Assembly (NCBI RefSeq): GCF_044704955.1
Contig: NC_092001.1
Location: 19,592,001-19,656,000 of the forward strand
Origin: Pristiophorus japonicus
Lineage: Eukaryota
Length of the DNA stretch: 64,000 nt
Reading direction: 5' to 3'
The translations under genes were made by a program, and so were the position numbers. This document shows, in pieces, positions 23,348-38,800 of the stretch. The notes below the pieces were generated by a model, which saw nothing but the letters and a program-made list of their open reading frames with translations, was not told where the DNA came from and searched no databases. The number at the start of each line of letters is the position of its first letter. Position 1 is the stretch's first letter.

Positions 23348-23879
23348 AATCTCACCGTGTTTGATGTTCATGGACAGTGAGCAGTGGAAACATAGCCTGA
23401 CAGTGAGGATGTGGGGAGTTTCACAAAGTGCATCTATTGCAGGCACCTGGAGAGGCGTGTGGGAGAAGATATTTTAAAGACCGGTTATATTGTTTTGGTG
23501 AGCTCTCCAGAACCATTTTGCTGGTGATCGAGAGCGACACGCAACCTCAGATACACCATATTCTTCGCCGCATCCATATCTTAGAAGTAATAATGTTCTC
23601 GAATTTATTATTCTCAGGACAAAATTCTTCATACAGCCAGAACAAATGTGATCTTTTCTCCTCCACCCAGAACACAAGCAACAGTGCAGACAGCTCCTTC
23701 GCACACAGAGTAAGTAGATTAACACTCATAGACCGCAGAGACACAGAACTAATCTCAATCTTATTGTCACAGACAGCAGGAGCTGTCAGTCCCACAGTGA
23801 TCCGAAGTGGCAGAGTTACATTGTGAATCTTACTGCCACATGGTGCAGGAGAATTAGATGCTGTTTCACCATTGAAACA

Positions 23880-26800
23880 GATCACACTGACAGGTACAAT
23901 AAACACCCACAATCACTTGCCAGAACCTGTCAGGTACAGATTATACTCCACACTCACATACCAGAACCTGTCAGGTAAAGATAATATCCATACTCACCGA
24001 ACAGAAATTGACAGATACAGATTAAACCACACACTGACATAGCAGAAACTGACAGGTACAGATTATATTCCACACTCACATACCAGAGACAGACAGGTAC
24101 AGATTATACCCACACTCACATGCCAGAGACTGACAGGTACAGATTATACCCACACTCGCATGCAAGAAACTGACAGGTACATATTATACCGCATACTCAC
24201 ATAGCAGATACTGACAGGTACAGATTGTACCACACACTCACATACCAGACACTGACAGGTACAGATTATACCCCACACTCACATACCGGAGACTGACAGG
24301 TACAGATTATGCCGCATACTCACATACTAGAAACTGACAGGTACAGATTATACCCCACACTCACATACCAGACACTGACAGGTAAAGATTATACCCCACA
24401 CTCACATACCGGAGACAGACAGGTACAGATTATACCCACACTCACATACCAGAGACTGACAGGTACAGATTATACCCACACTCGCATGCAAGAAACTGAC
24501 AGGTACAGATTATACCGCATACTCACATAGCAGATACTGACAGGTACAGATTATACCACACACTCACATACCAGACACTGACAGGTACAGATTATACCCC
24601 ACACTCACATACCGGAGACTGACAGGTACAGATTATGCCGCATACTCACATACTAGAAACTGACAGGTACAGATTATACCCCACACTCACATACCAGAGA
24701 CTGACAGGTACAGATTATACCGCATACTCACATACCAGAGAATGGCAGGTACATATAATAACCACAGGCACATACCAGAGACTGAGAGGTATAGATTATA
24801 CCCCACATTCCCACACCAGAGACTGGCAGGTTCAGATTAAAACCACACTCAAGCACCAGATACTGACAGGTACAGATTATACTCGACATTCACTTACCAG
24901 AAACTGACAGGTACAGATTATACCCCACACTCACATACCATAAACTGACAGGTACAGATTATACGCACAATCATATATCAGAGACTGACAGATACAGATT
25001 ATACCCACACTCACATACCAGAGACTGACAGGTACAGATTAAAACCACACTCACATACCAGAGACTGACAGGTACAGATTATAACCACACTCACAGACCA
25101 GAGACTGACAGGTACAGATTAAAACCACACTCAGATACTAGAGACTGACAGGTACAGATTAAAACCACACTCACATACCAGAGACTGACAGATACAAATT
25201 ATAACCACACTACATACCATAGACTGACAGTTAAAGATTATACCCACACTCACTTACCAGAAACTGACAGGTACAGATTATACCTCACACTCAAAAACCA
25301 GAGACTGACACGTACACATTATTCCGCATAACACACATACCAGAAAATGACAGCTGCAGATTATACCCCACACTCACATACCAGAGACTGACAGGTACAG
25401 ATTATACCGCACACTCACATATCAGATACTGAGAGGTACAGATTATACCCACCCTCATATACCTGAGACTGAAAGGTGCAGATTATGCCTCACACTCAAA
25501 AACCAGAGACTGACACGTACAGATTATACCCCATAACACACATACCAGAAAATGACAGCTACAGATTATACCGCACACTCACATACCAGATATTGACAAG
25601 TACAGATTATACCCACACTCACATACCTGAGACTGAAAGGTAGAGATTATAGCACACATTCACTTACCAGAGACTGAGAGGTATAGTCTAACCCCCACAC
25701 TCACATACCAGAGAGTGAAAGGTACAGTTTATAACCACACACACATGCCAGAAACTGACAAGTACAGATATTATCCACACTCATATATCAGAGACTGAAA
25801 GGTACAGATTATACCCACACTCAATTAATTGAGACCGAAAGATGCAGATTATAACGACAATTACTTAGCAGAGACTGACAGGTACAGTTTATACCCCACA
25901 CTCAAATACCAGAGACTGAGAGGTACAGATTATACCCCACACTCACTTACCAGAGACTGACAGGTATAGATTATACCCCACACTCAAATACGAGAAACGG
26001 ACAGGTACAGATTATGCCCACACTCACTTACCAGAGACTGACAGGTACAGATTTTACCCCAAACTCAAATACCAGAAACGGACAGGTACAGATTATACCC
26101 ACACTCACTTACCAGATACTGACAGGTACAGATTATACCCCACACTCAAATACCAGAAACGGACAGGTACAGATTATACCCACACTCACTTACCAGAGAC
26201 TGACAGATACAAATTATACCCCACACTCACATACCAGAAACTGACAGGTATAGATTATACCCACAATCACATATCATAGGCTGACAGGTACAGCTTATAC
26301 CCACAGTCACATACCAAAGACGGACAGGTACAGATTATAACCACACTCACATACCAGAGACTGACAGGTACAGATTATACCCACACTCACATACCAGAGA
26401 CTGACAGGTGCAGATTATACCCACACTCGCATACAAGAAACTGACAGGTACAGATTATACCCCACACTCACATACCAGAGACTGACAGGTACAGATTATA
26501 CCCACACTCACATACCAGAAAATGAGAGTTACAGATTGTACCCCACGCTCACATAACAGAGACTGAAATATAGAGATTATACCCCACACTCACATACCGG
26601 AGACGGACAGGTACAGATTATAACCACACTCACATACCAGAGACTGACAGGTACAGATTATACCGCACACTCACATACCGGAGACTGACAGGTACAGATT
26701 ATGCCGCATACTCACATACTAGAAACTGACAGGTACAGATTATACCCCACACTCACATACCAGACACTGACAGGTAAAGATTATACCCCACACTCACATA

Positions 26801-29800
26801 CCGGAGACAGACAGGTACAGATTATACCCACACTCACATACCAGACACTGACAGGTAAAGATTATACCCCACACTCACATATCAGACACTGACAGGTACA
26901 GATTATACCCACACTCACATACCAGAGACTGACAGGTACAGATTATACCGCATACTCACATACCAGAGAATGGCAGGTACATATAATAACCACAGTCACA
27001 TACCAGAGACTGAGAGGTATAGATTATACCCCACATTCACACACCAGAGACTGGCAGGTACAGATTAAAACCACACTCAAGCACCAGATACTGACAGGTA
27101 CAGATTATACTCGACATTCACTTACCAGAAACTGACAGGTACAGATTATACCCCACACTCACATACCATAAACTGACAGGTACAGATTATACGCACAATC
27201 ATATATCAGAGACTGACAGGTACAGATTAAAACCACACTCACATACCAGAGACTGACAGGTACAGATTATAACCACACTCACAGACCAGAGACTGACAGG
27301 TACAGATTAAAACCACACTCAGATACTAGAGACTGACAGGTACAGATTAAAACCACACTCACATACCAGAGACTGACAGATACAAATTATAACCACACTC
27401 ACATACCATAGACTGACAGTTAAAGATTATACCCACACTCACTTACCAGAAACTGACAGGTACAGATTATACCTCACACTCAAAAACCAGAGACTGACAG
27501 GTACAGATTATTCCGCATAACACACATACCAGAAAATGACAGCTGCAGATTATACCCCACACTCACATACCAGAGACTGACAGGTACAGATTATACCGCA
27601 CACTCATATATCAGATACTGAGAGGTACAGATTATACCCACCCTCATATACCTGAGACTGAAAGTTGCAGATTATGCCTCACACTCAAAAACCAGAGACT
27701 GACACGTACAGATTATACCCCATAACACACATACCAGAAACTGACAGGTACAGATTATACCGCACACTCACATACCAGATATTGACAAGTACAGATTATA
27801 CCCACACTCACATACCTGAGACTCAAAGGTAGAGATTATAGCACACATTCACTTACCAGAGACTGAGAGGTATAGATTAAACCACACACTCACATACCAG
27901 AGAGTGACAGGTACAGATTATAACCACACACACATGCCAGAAACTGACAAGTACAGATTATATCCACACTCATATATCAGAGACTGAAAGGTACAGATTA
28001 TACCCACACTCAATTAATTGAGACCGAAAGATACAGATTATAACGACAATTACTTAGCAGAGACTGACAGGTACAGTTTATACCCCACACTCAAATACCA
28101 GTGACTGACAGGTACAGATTATACCCCACACTCACTTACCAGAGACTGACAGGTATAGATTATACCCCACACTCAAATACTAGAAACTGACAGGTACAGA
28201 TTATATCCACACTCACTTAACAAAGACTGACAGGTACAGATTTTACCCCAAACTCAAATACCAGAAACGGACAGGTACAGATTATACCTACACTCACTTA
28301 CCAGATACTGACAGGTACAGATTATACACCACACTCAAATACCAGAAACGGACAGGTACAGATTTTACCCACACTCACTTACCAGAGACTGACAGATACA
28401 AATTATACCCCACACTCACATACCAGAAACTGACAGGTATAGATTATACCCACAATCACTTATCATAGGCTGACAGGTACAGCTTATACCCACAGTCACA
28501 TACCAAAGACGGACAGGTACAGATTATAACCACACTCACATACCAGAGACTGACAGGTACAGATTATACCCACACTCACATACCAGAGACTGACAGGTGC
28601 AGATTATACCCACACTCGCATACAAGAAACTGACAGGTACAGATTATACCGCATACTCACATACCAGAGACGGGCAGGTACAGATGAAAACCACACTCAA
28701 ACACTAGATACTGACAGGTACAGATTATACTCGACACCCACTTACCAGAAACTGACAGTTACAGATTATACCCCACACTCACATACCAGAGACTGACAGG
28801 TACAGATTATACCCACACTCACATACCAGAAAATGAGAGTTACAGATTGTACCCCACGCTCACATAACAGAGACTGAAATATAGAGATTATACCCCACAC
28901 TCACATACCAGAGACGGACAGGTACAGATTATAACCACACTCACATACCAGAGACTGACAGGTACAGATTATACCCACACTCACATACCAGAGACTGACA
29001 GGTGCAGATTATACCCACACTCGCATACAAGAAACTGACAGGTACAGATTATACCGCATACTCACATACCAGAGACGGGCAGGTACAGATGAAAACCACA
29101 CTCAAACACTAGATACTGACAGGTACAGATTATACTCGACACCCACTTACCAGAAACTGACAGGTACAGATTATACCCCACACTCACATACCAGAGACTG
29201 ACAGGTACAGATTATACCCACACTCACATACCAGAAAATGAGAGTTACAGATTGTACCCCACGCTCACATAACAGAGACTGAAATATAGAGATTATACCC
29301 CACACTCACATACCAGAGACGGACAGGTACAGATTATAACCACACTCACATACCAGAGACTGACAGGTACAGATTATACCGCACACTCACATATCAGATA
29401 CTGAGAGGTACAGATTATACCCACCCTCATATACCTGAGACTGAAAGGTACAGATTATGCCTCACACTCACAAAACAGAGACTGTCACGTACAGATTATA
29501 CCCCATAACACACATACCATAAAATGACAGCTACAGATTATACCGCACACTCACATACCAGATATTGACAAGTACAGATTATACCCACACTCACATACCT
29601 GAGACTGAAATGTTGAGATTATACCACACATTCACTTACCAGAGACTGAGAGGTACAGATTATATCCCACACTCACATACCGGAAAGTGACAGGTACAGA
29701 TTATAACCACACACACATGCCAGAAACTGACAAGTACAGATTATATCCACACTCATATATCAGAGACTGAAAGGTACAGATTATACCCACACTCAATTAA

Positions 29801-32800
29801 TTGAGACCGAAAGGTACAGATTATAACGACAATTACTTAGCAGAGACTGACAGGTACAGTTTATACCCCACACTCAAATACCAGAGACTGAGAGGTACAG
29901 ATTATACCCCACACTCACTTACCAGAGACTGACAGGTACAGATTATACCCCACACTCAAATACCAGAAAAGGACAGGTACAGATTATACCCACACTCACT
30001 TACCAGAGACTGACAGGTACAGACTATACACCACACTCAAATACCAGAAACGGACATGTACAGATTATACCCACACTCACATACCAGTCACTGACAGGTA
30101 CTGATTATACCCACACGCATATGCAAGGAACTGACAGGTACAGATTATAACACACAATCACATACCAGAAACTGACAGGCACAGATTATACCCCACAATT
30201 ACATACCAGGAAATGACAGCGACAGATTATACCACACTCATACACTAGAGACTGACAGATACAGGTTATACCCCACACTCACAGACCAGAGACTGACAGG
30301 TACAGATTATACACACACTCACATACAGAAACTGACAGGTACAGATTATACCCACACTCCCTTACCAGTGATTGACAGGTACAGTTTATACCTACACTCA
30401 TTTACCAGAAACTCACAGGTTCAGATTATACCCACACTCACATAGCAGAAAATGAGAGTTACAGATTGTACCCCGCGCTCACAAAACAGAGACTGAAATA
30501 TAGAGATTGTACGCGACACTCACATACCAGAGACTGACAGGTACAAATTATACCCCACACTCACATACCAGAAACTGACAGGTATAGATTATACCCACAA
30601 TCACATATCATAAGCTGACAGGTACAACTTATACCCACAGTCACATACCAAAGACGGACAGGTACAGATTATAACCACACTCACATACCAGAGACTGACA
30701 GGTACAGATTATACCCACACTCGCATACAAGAAACTGACAGGTACAGATTATACCGCATACTCACATACCAGAGACGGGCAGGTACAGATTAAAACCACA
30801 CTCAAACAACAGATACTGACAGGTACAGATTATACTCGACACCCACTTACCAGAGACTGACAGGTACAGACTATACACCACACTCAAATACCAGAAACGG
30901 ACATGTACAGATTATACCCACAGTCACATAGCAGAAAATGAGAGTTACAGATTGTACCCCACGCTCACATAACAGAGACTGAAATATACAGATTATACTC
31001 GACACTCACATACCAGAGACTGACAGGTACAAATTATACCCCACACTCACATACCAGAAACTGACAGGTATAGATTATACCCACAATCACATATCAGAGG
31101 CTGACAGGTACAGCTTATACCCACACTCACATACCAGAGACTGACAGATACAAATTATAACCACACTACATACCATAGACTGACAGTTAAAGATTATACC
31201 CACACTCACTTACCAGAAACTGACAGGTACAGATTATACCTCACACTCAAAAACCAGAGACTGACACGTACACATTATTCCGCATAACACACATACCAGA
31301 AAATGACAGCTGCAGATTATACCCCACACTCACATACCAGAGACTGACAGGTACAGATTATACCGCACACTCACATATCAGATACTGAGAGGTACAGATT
31401 ATACCCACCCTCATATACCTGAGACTGAAAGGTGCAGATTATGCCTCACACTCAAAAACCAGAGACTGACACGTACAGATTATACCCCATAACACACATA
31501 CCAGAAAATGACAGCTACAGATTATACCGCACACTCACATACCAGATATTGACAAGTACAGATTATACCCACACTCACATACCTGAGACTGAAAGGTAGA
31601 GATTATAGCACACATTCACTTACCAGAGACTGAGAGGTATAGTCTAACCCCCACACTCACATACCAGAGAGTGAAAGGTACAGTTTATAACCACACACAC
31701 ATGCCAGAAACTGACAAGTACAGATATTATCCACACTCATATATCAGAGACTGAAAGGTACAGATTATACCCACACTCAATTAATTGAGACCGAAAGATG
31801 CAGATTATAACGACAATTACTTAGCAGAGACTGACAGGTACAGTTTATACCCCACACTCAAATACCAGAGACTGAGAGGTACAGATTATACCCCACACTC
31901 ACTTACCAGAGACTGACAGGTATAGATTATACCCCACACTCAAATACGAGAAACGGACAGGTACAGATTATGCCCACACTCACTTACCAGAGACTGACAG
32001 GTACAGATTTTACCCCAAACTCAAATACCAGAAACGGACAGGTACAGATTATACCCACACTCACTTACCAGATACTGACAGGTACAGATTATACCCCACA
32101 CTCAAATACCAGAAACGGACAGGTACAGATTATACCCACACTCACTTACCAGAGACTGACAGATACAAATTATACCCCACACTCACATACCAGAAACTGA
32201 CAGGTATAGATTATACCCACAATCACATATCATAGGCTGACAGGTACAGCTTATACCCACAGTCACATACCAAAGACGGACAGGTACAGATTATAACCAC
32301 ACTCACATACCAGAGACTGACAGGTACAGATTATACCCACACTCACATACCAGAGACTGACAGGTGCAGATTATACCCACACTCGCATACAAGAAACTGA
32401 CAGGTACAGATTATACCCCACACTCACATACCAGAGACTGACAGGTACAGATTATACCCACACTCACATACCAGAAAATGAGAGTTACAGATTGTACCCC
32501 ACGCTCACATAACAGAGACTGAAATATAGAGATTATACCCCACACTCACATACCGGAGACGGACAGGTACAGATTATAACCACACTCACATACCAGAGAC
32601 TGACAGGTACAGATTATACCGCACACTCACATACCGGAGACTGACAGGTACAGATTATGCCGCATACTCACATACTAGAAACTGACAGGTACAGATTATA
32701 CCCCACACTCACATACCAGACACTGACAGGTAAAGATTATACCCCACACTCACATACCGGAGACAGACAGGTACAGATTATACCCACACTCACATACCAG

Positions 32801-35800
32801 ACACTGACAGGTAAAGATTATACCCCACACTCACATATCAGACACTGACAGGTACAGATTATACCCACACTCACATACCAGAGACTGACAGGTACAGATT
32901 ATACCGCATACTCACATACCAGAGAATGGCAGGTACATATAATAACCACAGTCACATACCAGAGACTGAGAGGTATAGATTATACCCCACATTCACACAC
33001 CAGAGACTGGCAGGTACAGATTAAAACCACACTCAAGCACCAGATACTGACAGGTACAGATTATACTCGACATTCACTTACCAGAAACTGACAGGTACAG
33101 ATTATACCCCACACTCACATACCATAAACTGACAGGTACAGATTATACGCACAATCATATATCAGAGACTGACAGGTACAGATTAAAACCACACTCACAT
33201 ACCAGAGACTGACAGGTACAGATTATAACCACACTCACAGACCAGAGACTGACAGGTACAGATTAAAACCACACTCAGATACTAGAGACTGACAGGTACA
33301 GATTAAAACCACACTCACATACCAGAGACTGACAGATACAAATTATAACCACACTCACATACCATAGACTGACAGTTAAAGATTATACCCACACTCACTT
33401 ACCAGAAACTGACAGGTACAGATTATACCTCACACTCAAAAACCAGAGACTGACAGGTACAGATTATTCCGCATAACACACATACCAGAAAATGACAGCT
33501 GCAGATTATACCCCACACTCACATACCAGAGACTGACAGGTACAGATTATACCGCACACTCATATATCAGATACTGAGAGGTACAGATTATACCCACCCT
33601 CATATACCTGAGACTGAAAGTTGCAGATTATGCCTCACACTCAAAAACCAGAGACTGACACGTACAGATTATACCCCATAACACACATACCAGAAACTGA
33701 CAGGTACAGATTATACCGCACACTCACATACCAGATATTGACAAGTACAGATTATACCCACACTCACATACCTGAGACTCAAAGGTAGAGATTATAGCAC
33801 ACATTCACTTACCAGAGACTGAGAGGTATAGATTAAACCACACACTCACATACCAGAGAGTGACAGGTACAGATTATAACCACACACACATGCCAGAAAC
33901 TGACAAGTACAGATTATATCCACACTCATATATCAGAGACTGAAAGGTACAGATTATACCCACACTCAATTAATTGAGACCGAAAGATACAGATTATAAC
34001 GACAATTACTTAGCAGAGACTGACAGGTACAGTTTATACCCCACACTCAAATACCAGTGACTGACAGGTACAGATTATACCCCACACTCACTTACCAGAG
34101 ACTGACAGGTATAGATTATACCCCACACTCAAATACTAGAAACTGACAGGTACAGATTATATCCACACTCACTTAACAAAGACTGACAGGTACAGATTTT
34201 ACCCCAAACTCAAATACCAGAAACGGACAGGTACAGATTATACCTACACTCACTTACCAGATACTGACAGGTACAGATTATACACCACACTCAAATACCA
34301 GAAACGGACAGGTACAGATTTTACCCACACTCACTTACCAGAGACTGACAGATACAAATTATACCCCACACTCACATACCAGAAACTGACAGGTATAGAT
34401 TATACCCACAATCACTTATCATAGGCTGACAGGTACAGCTTATACCCACAGTCACATACCAAAGACGGACAGGTACAGATTATAACCACACTCACATACC
34501 AGAGACTGACAGGTACAGATTATACCCACACTCACATACCAGAGACTGACAGGTGCAGATTATACCCACACTCGCATACAAGAAACTGACAGGTACAGAT
34601 TATACCGCATACTCACATACCAGAGACGGGCAGGTACAGATGAAAACCACACTCAAACACTAGATACTGACAGGTACAGATTATACTCGACACCCACTTA
34701 CCAGAAACTGACAGTTACAGATTATACCCCACACTCACATACCAGAGACTGACAGGTACAGATTATACCCACACTCACATACCAGAAAATGAGAGTTACA
34801 GATTGTACCCCACGCTCACATAACAGAGACTGAAATATAGAGATTATACCCCACACTCACATACCAGAGACGGACAGGTACAGATTATAACCACACTCAC
34901 ATACCAGAGACTGACAGGTACAGATTATACCGCACACTCACATATCAGATACTGAGAGGTACAGATTATACCCACCCTCATATACCTGAGACTGAAAGGT
35001 ACAGATTATGCCTCACACTCACAAAACAGAGACTGTCACGTACAGATTATACCCCATAACACACATACCATAAAATGACAGCTACAGATTATACCGCACA
35101 CTCACATACCAGATATTGACAAGTACAGATTATACCCACACTCACATACCTGAGACTGAAATGTTGAGATTATACCACACATTCACTTACCAGAGACTGA
35201 GAGGTACAGATTATATCCCACACTCACATACCGGAAAGTGACAGGTACAGATTATAACCACACACACATGCCAGAAACTGACAAGTACAGATTATATCCA
35301 CACTCATATATCAGAGACTGAAAGGTACAGATTATACCCACACTCAATTAATTGAGACCGAAAGGTACAGATTATAACGACAATTACTTAGCAGAGACTG
35401 ACAGGTACAGTTTATACCCCACACTCAAATACCAGAGACTGAGAGGTACAGATTATACCCCACACTCACTTACCAGAGACTGACAGGTACAGATTATACC
35501 CCACACTCAAATACCAGAAAAGGACAGGTACAGATTATACCCACACTCACTTACCAGAGACTGACAGGTACAGACTATACACCACACTCAAATACCAGAA
35601 ACGGACATGTACAGATTATACCCACACTCACATACCAGTCACTGACAGGTACTGATTATACCCACACTCATATGCAAGGAACTGACAGGTACAGATTATA
35701 ACACACAATCACATACCAGAAACTGACAGGCACAGATTATACCCCACAATTACATACCAGGAAATGACAGCGACAGATTATACCACACTCATACACTAGA

Positions 35801-38800
35801 GACTGACAGATACAGGTTATACCCCACACTCACAGACCAGAGACTGACAGGTACAGATTATACACACACTCACATACAGAAACTGACAGGTACAGATTAT
35901 ACCCACACTCCCTTACCAGTGATTGACAGGTACAGTTTATACCTACACTCATTTACCAGAAACTCACAGGTTCAGATTATACCCACACTCACATAGCAGA
36001 AAATGAGAGTTACAGATTGTACCCCGCGCTCACAAAACAGAGACTGAAATATAGAGATTGTACGCGACACTCACATACCAGAGACTGACAGGTACAAATT
36101 ATACCCCACACTCACATACCAGAAACTGACAGGTATAGATTATACCCACAATCACATATCATAAGCTGACAGGTACAACTTATACCCACAGTCACATACC
36201 AAAGACGGACAGGTACAGATTATAACCACACTCACATACCAGAGACTGACAGGTACAGATTATACCCACACTCGCATACAAGAAACTGACAGGTACAGAT
36301 TATACCGCATACTCACATACCAGAGACGGGCAGGTACAGATTAAAACCACACTCAAACAACAGATACTGACAGGTACAGATTATACTCGACACCCACTTA
36401 CCAGAGACTGACAGGTACAGACTAAACACCACACTCAAATACCAGAAACGGACATGTACAGATTATACCCACAGTCACATACCAGAAAATGAGAGTTACA
36501 GATTGTACCCCACGCTCACATAACAGAGACTGAAATATACAGATTATACTCGACACTCACATACCAGAGACTGACAGGTACAAATTATACCCCACACTCA
36601 CATACCAGAAACTGACAGGTATAGATTATACCCACAATCACATATCAGAGGCTGACAGGTACAGCTTATACCCACAGTCACATACCAAAGACGGACAGGT
36701 ACAGATTAAAACCACACTCAAACAACAGATACTGACAGGTACAGATTATACTCGACAACCACTTACCAGAAACTGACAGGTACAGATTATACCCCACACT
36801 CACATACCAGAGACTGACAGGTACAGATTATACCCACACTCACATACCAGAAAATGAGAGTTACAGATTGTACCCCACGCTCACATAACAGAGACTGAAA
36901 TATACAGATTATACTCGACACTCACATACCAGAGACTGACAGGTACAAATTATACCCCACACTCACATACCAGAAACTGACCGGTATAGATTATACCCAC
37001 AATCACATATCAGAGGCTGACAGGTACAGCTTATACCCACAGTCACATACCAAAGACGGACAGGTACAGATTAAAACCACACTCAAAAACCAGATACTGA
37101 CAGGTAAAGATTATACTCGACACTCACTTACCAGAAACTGACAGGTACAGATTATACCCCACACTCACATACCAGAGACTGACAGGTACAGATTATACCC
37201 ACACTCACATACCAGAGACTGACAGGTACAGATTATACCAACACTCTCATACAAGAACAGACAGGTACAGATTATACCGCATACTCACATAGCAGATACT
37301 GACAGGTACAGATTAGACCCCACACTCACATATCAGACACTGACAGGTACAGATTATACCCCACACTCACATACCGGAGACTACAGGTGCAGATTATACC
37401 GCATACTCACATACTAGAAACTGACAGGTACAGATTATACCCCACACTCACATACCAGGCACTGACAGGTACAGATTATACCCCACACTCACCTACCGGA
37501 GACTGACAGGTACAGATTATACCCACACTCACATACCAGAGACTGACAGGTACAGATTATACCCACACTCGCATACAAGAAACTGAAAGTTACAGATTAT
37601 ACCGCATACTCACATACCAAAGAATGGCAGATACATATAATACCCACAGTCACATACCAGAGACTGAGAGGTACAGATTATACCACACATTCACACACCA
37701 GAGACTGGCAGGTACAGATTAAAACCACACTCAAACACCAGATACTGACAGGTACAGATTATACTCGACAATAACTTACCAGAAACTGACAGGTAAAGAT
37801 TATACCCCACACTCACATACCATAAACTGACAGGTACAGATTATACGCACAATCACATATCAGAGACTGACAGATACAGTTTATTCCCACACTCACATAC
37901 CAGAGACTGACAGGTACAGATTAAAACCACACTCACATGCCAGAGACTGACAGGTATAGATTATAACCACACTCACATACCAGAGACTGACAGATACAAA
38001 TTATAACCACACTCACATACCAGAGACTGACAGGTAAAGATTATACCCACACTCAGTTACCAGAAACTGACAGGTACAGATTATACCTCACACTCAAAAA
38101 CCAGAGACTGACACGGACAGATTATACCCCATAACACACATACTAGAAAATGACTGCTACAGATTATACCCCACACTCACATACCAGAGACTGACATGTA
38201 CAGATTATACCGCACACTCACATATCAGATACTGAGAGGTACAGATTATACCAACCCTCATATACCTGAGACTGAAAGGTACAGATTATGCCTCACACTC
38301 AAAAACCAGAGACTGACACGTACAGATTATACCCCATAACACACATACCAGAAAATGACAGCTACAGATTATACCGCACTCTCACAGACCAGATATTGAC
38401 AAGTACATATTATACCCACACTCACATACCTGAGACTGAAAGGTAGAGATTATACCGCACATCCACTTACAGAGACTGAGAGGTACAGATTATAACCCAC
38501 ACTCACATACCAGAGAGTGACAGGTACAGATTATGACCACACACACATGCCAGAAACTGACAAGTACAGATTATAGCCACACTCATATATCAGAGACTGA
38601 AAGGTACAGATTATACCCACACTCAATTAATTGAGACCGAAAGATATAGATTATACCGACAATTACTTACCAGAGACTGACAGGTAAAGATTATACCCAG
38701 ACTCACTTACCAGAGACTGACAGGAATAGATTATACCCCACACTCACTTACCAGAGACTGACAGGTACAGATTATACCCCATACTCAATTACCAGAAACG

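Noticed and set aside
23428-23912. Overlapping 132-aa (+) and 121-aa (-) ORFs before the satellite
   Set aside because: No recognisable domain, non-ATG starts, and the 3' part is decayed satellite edge
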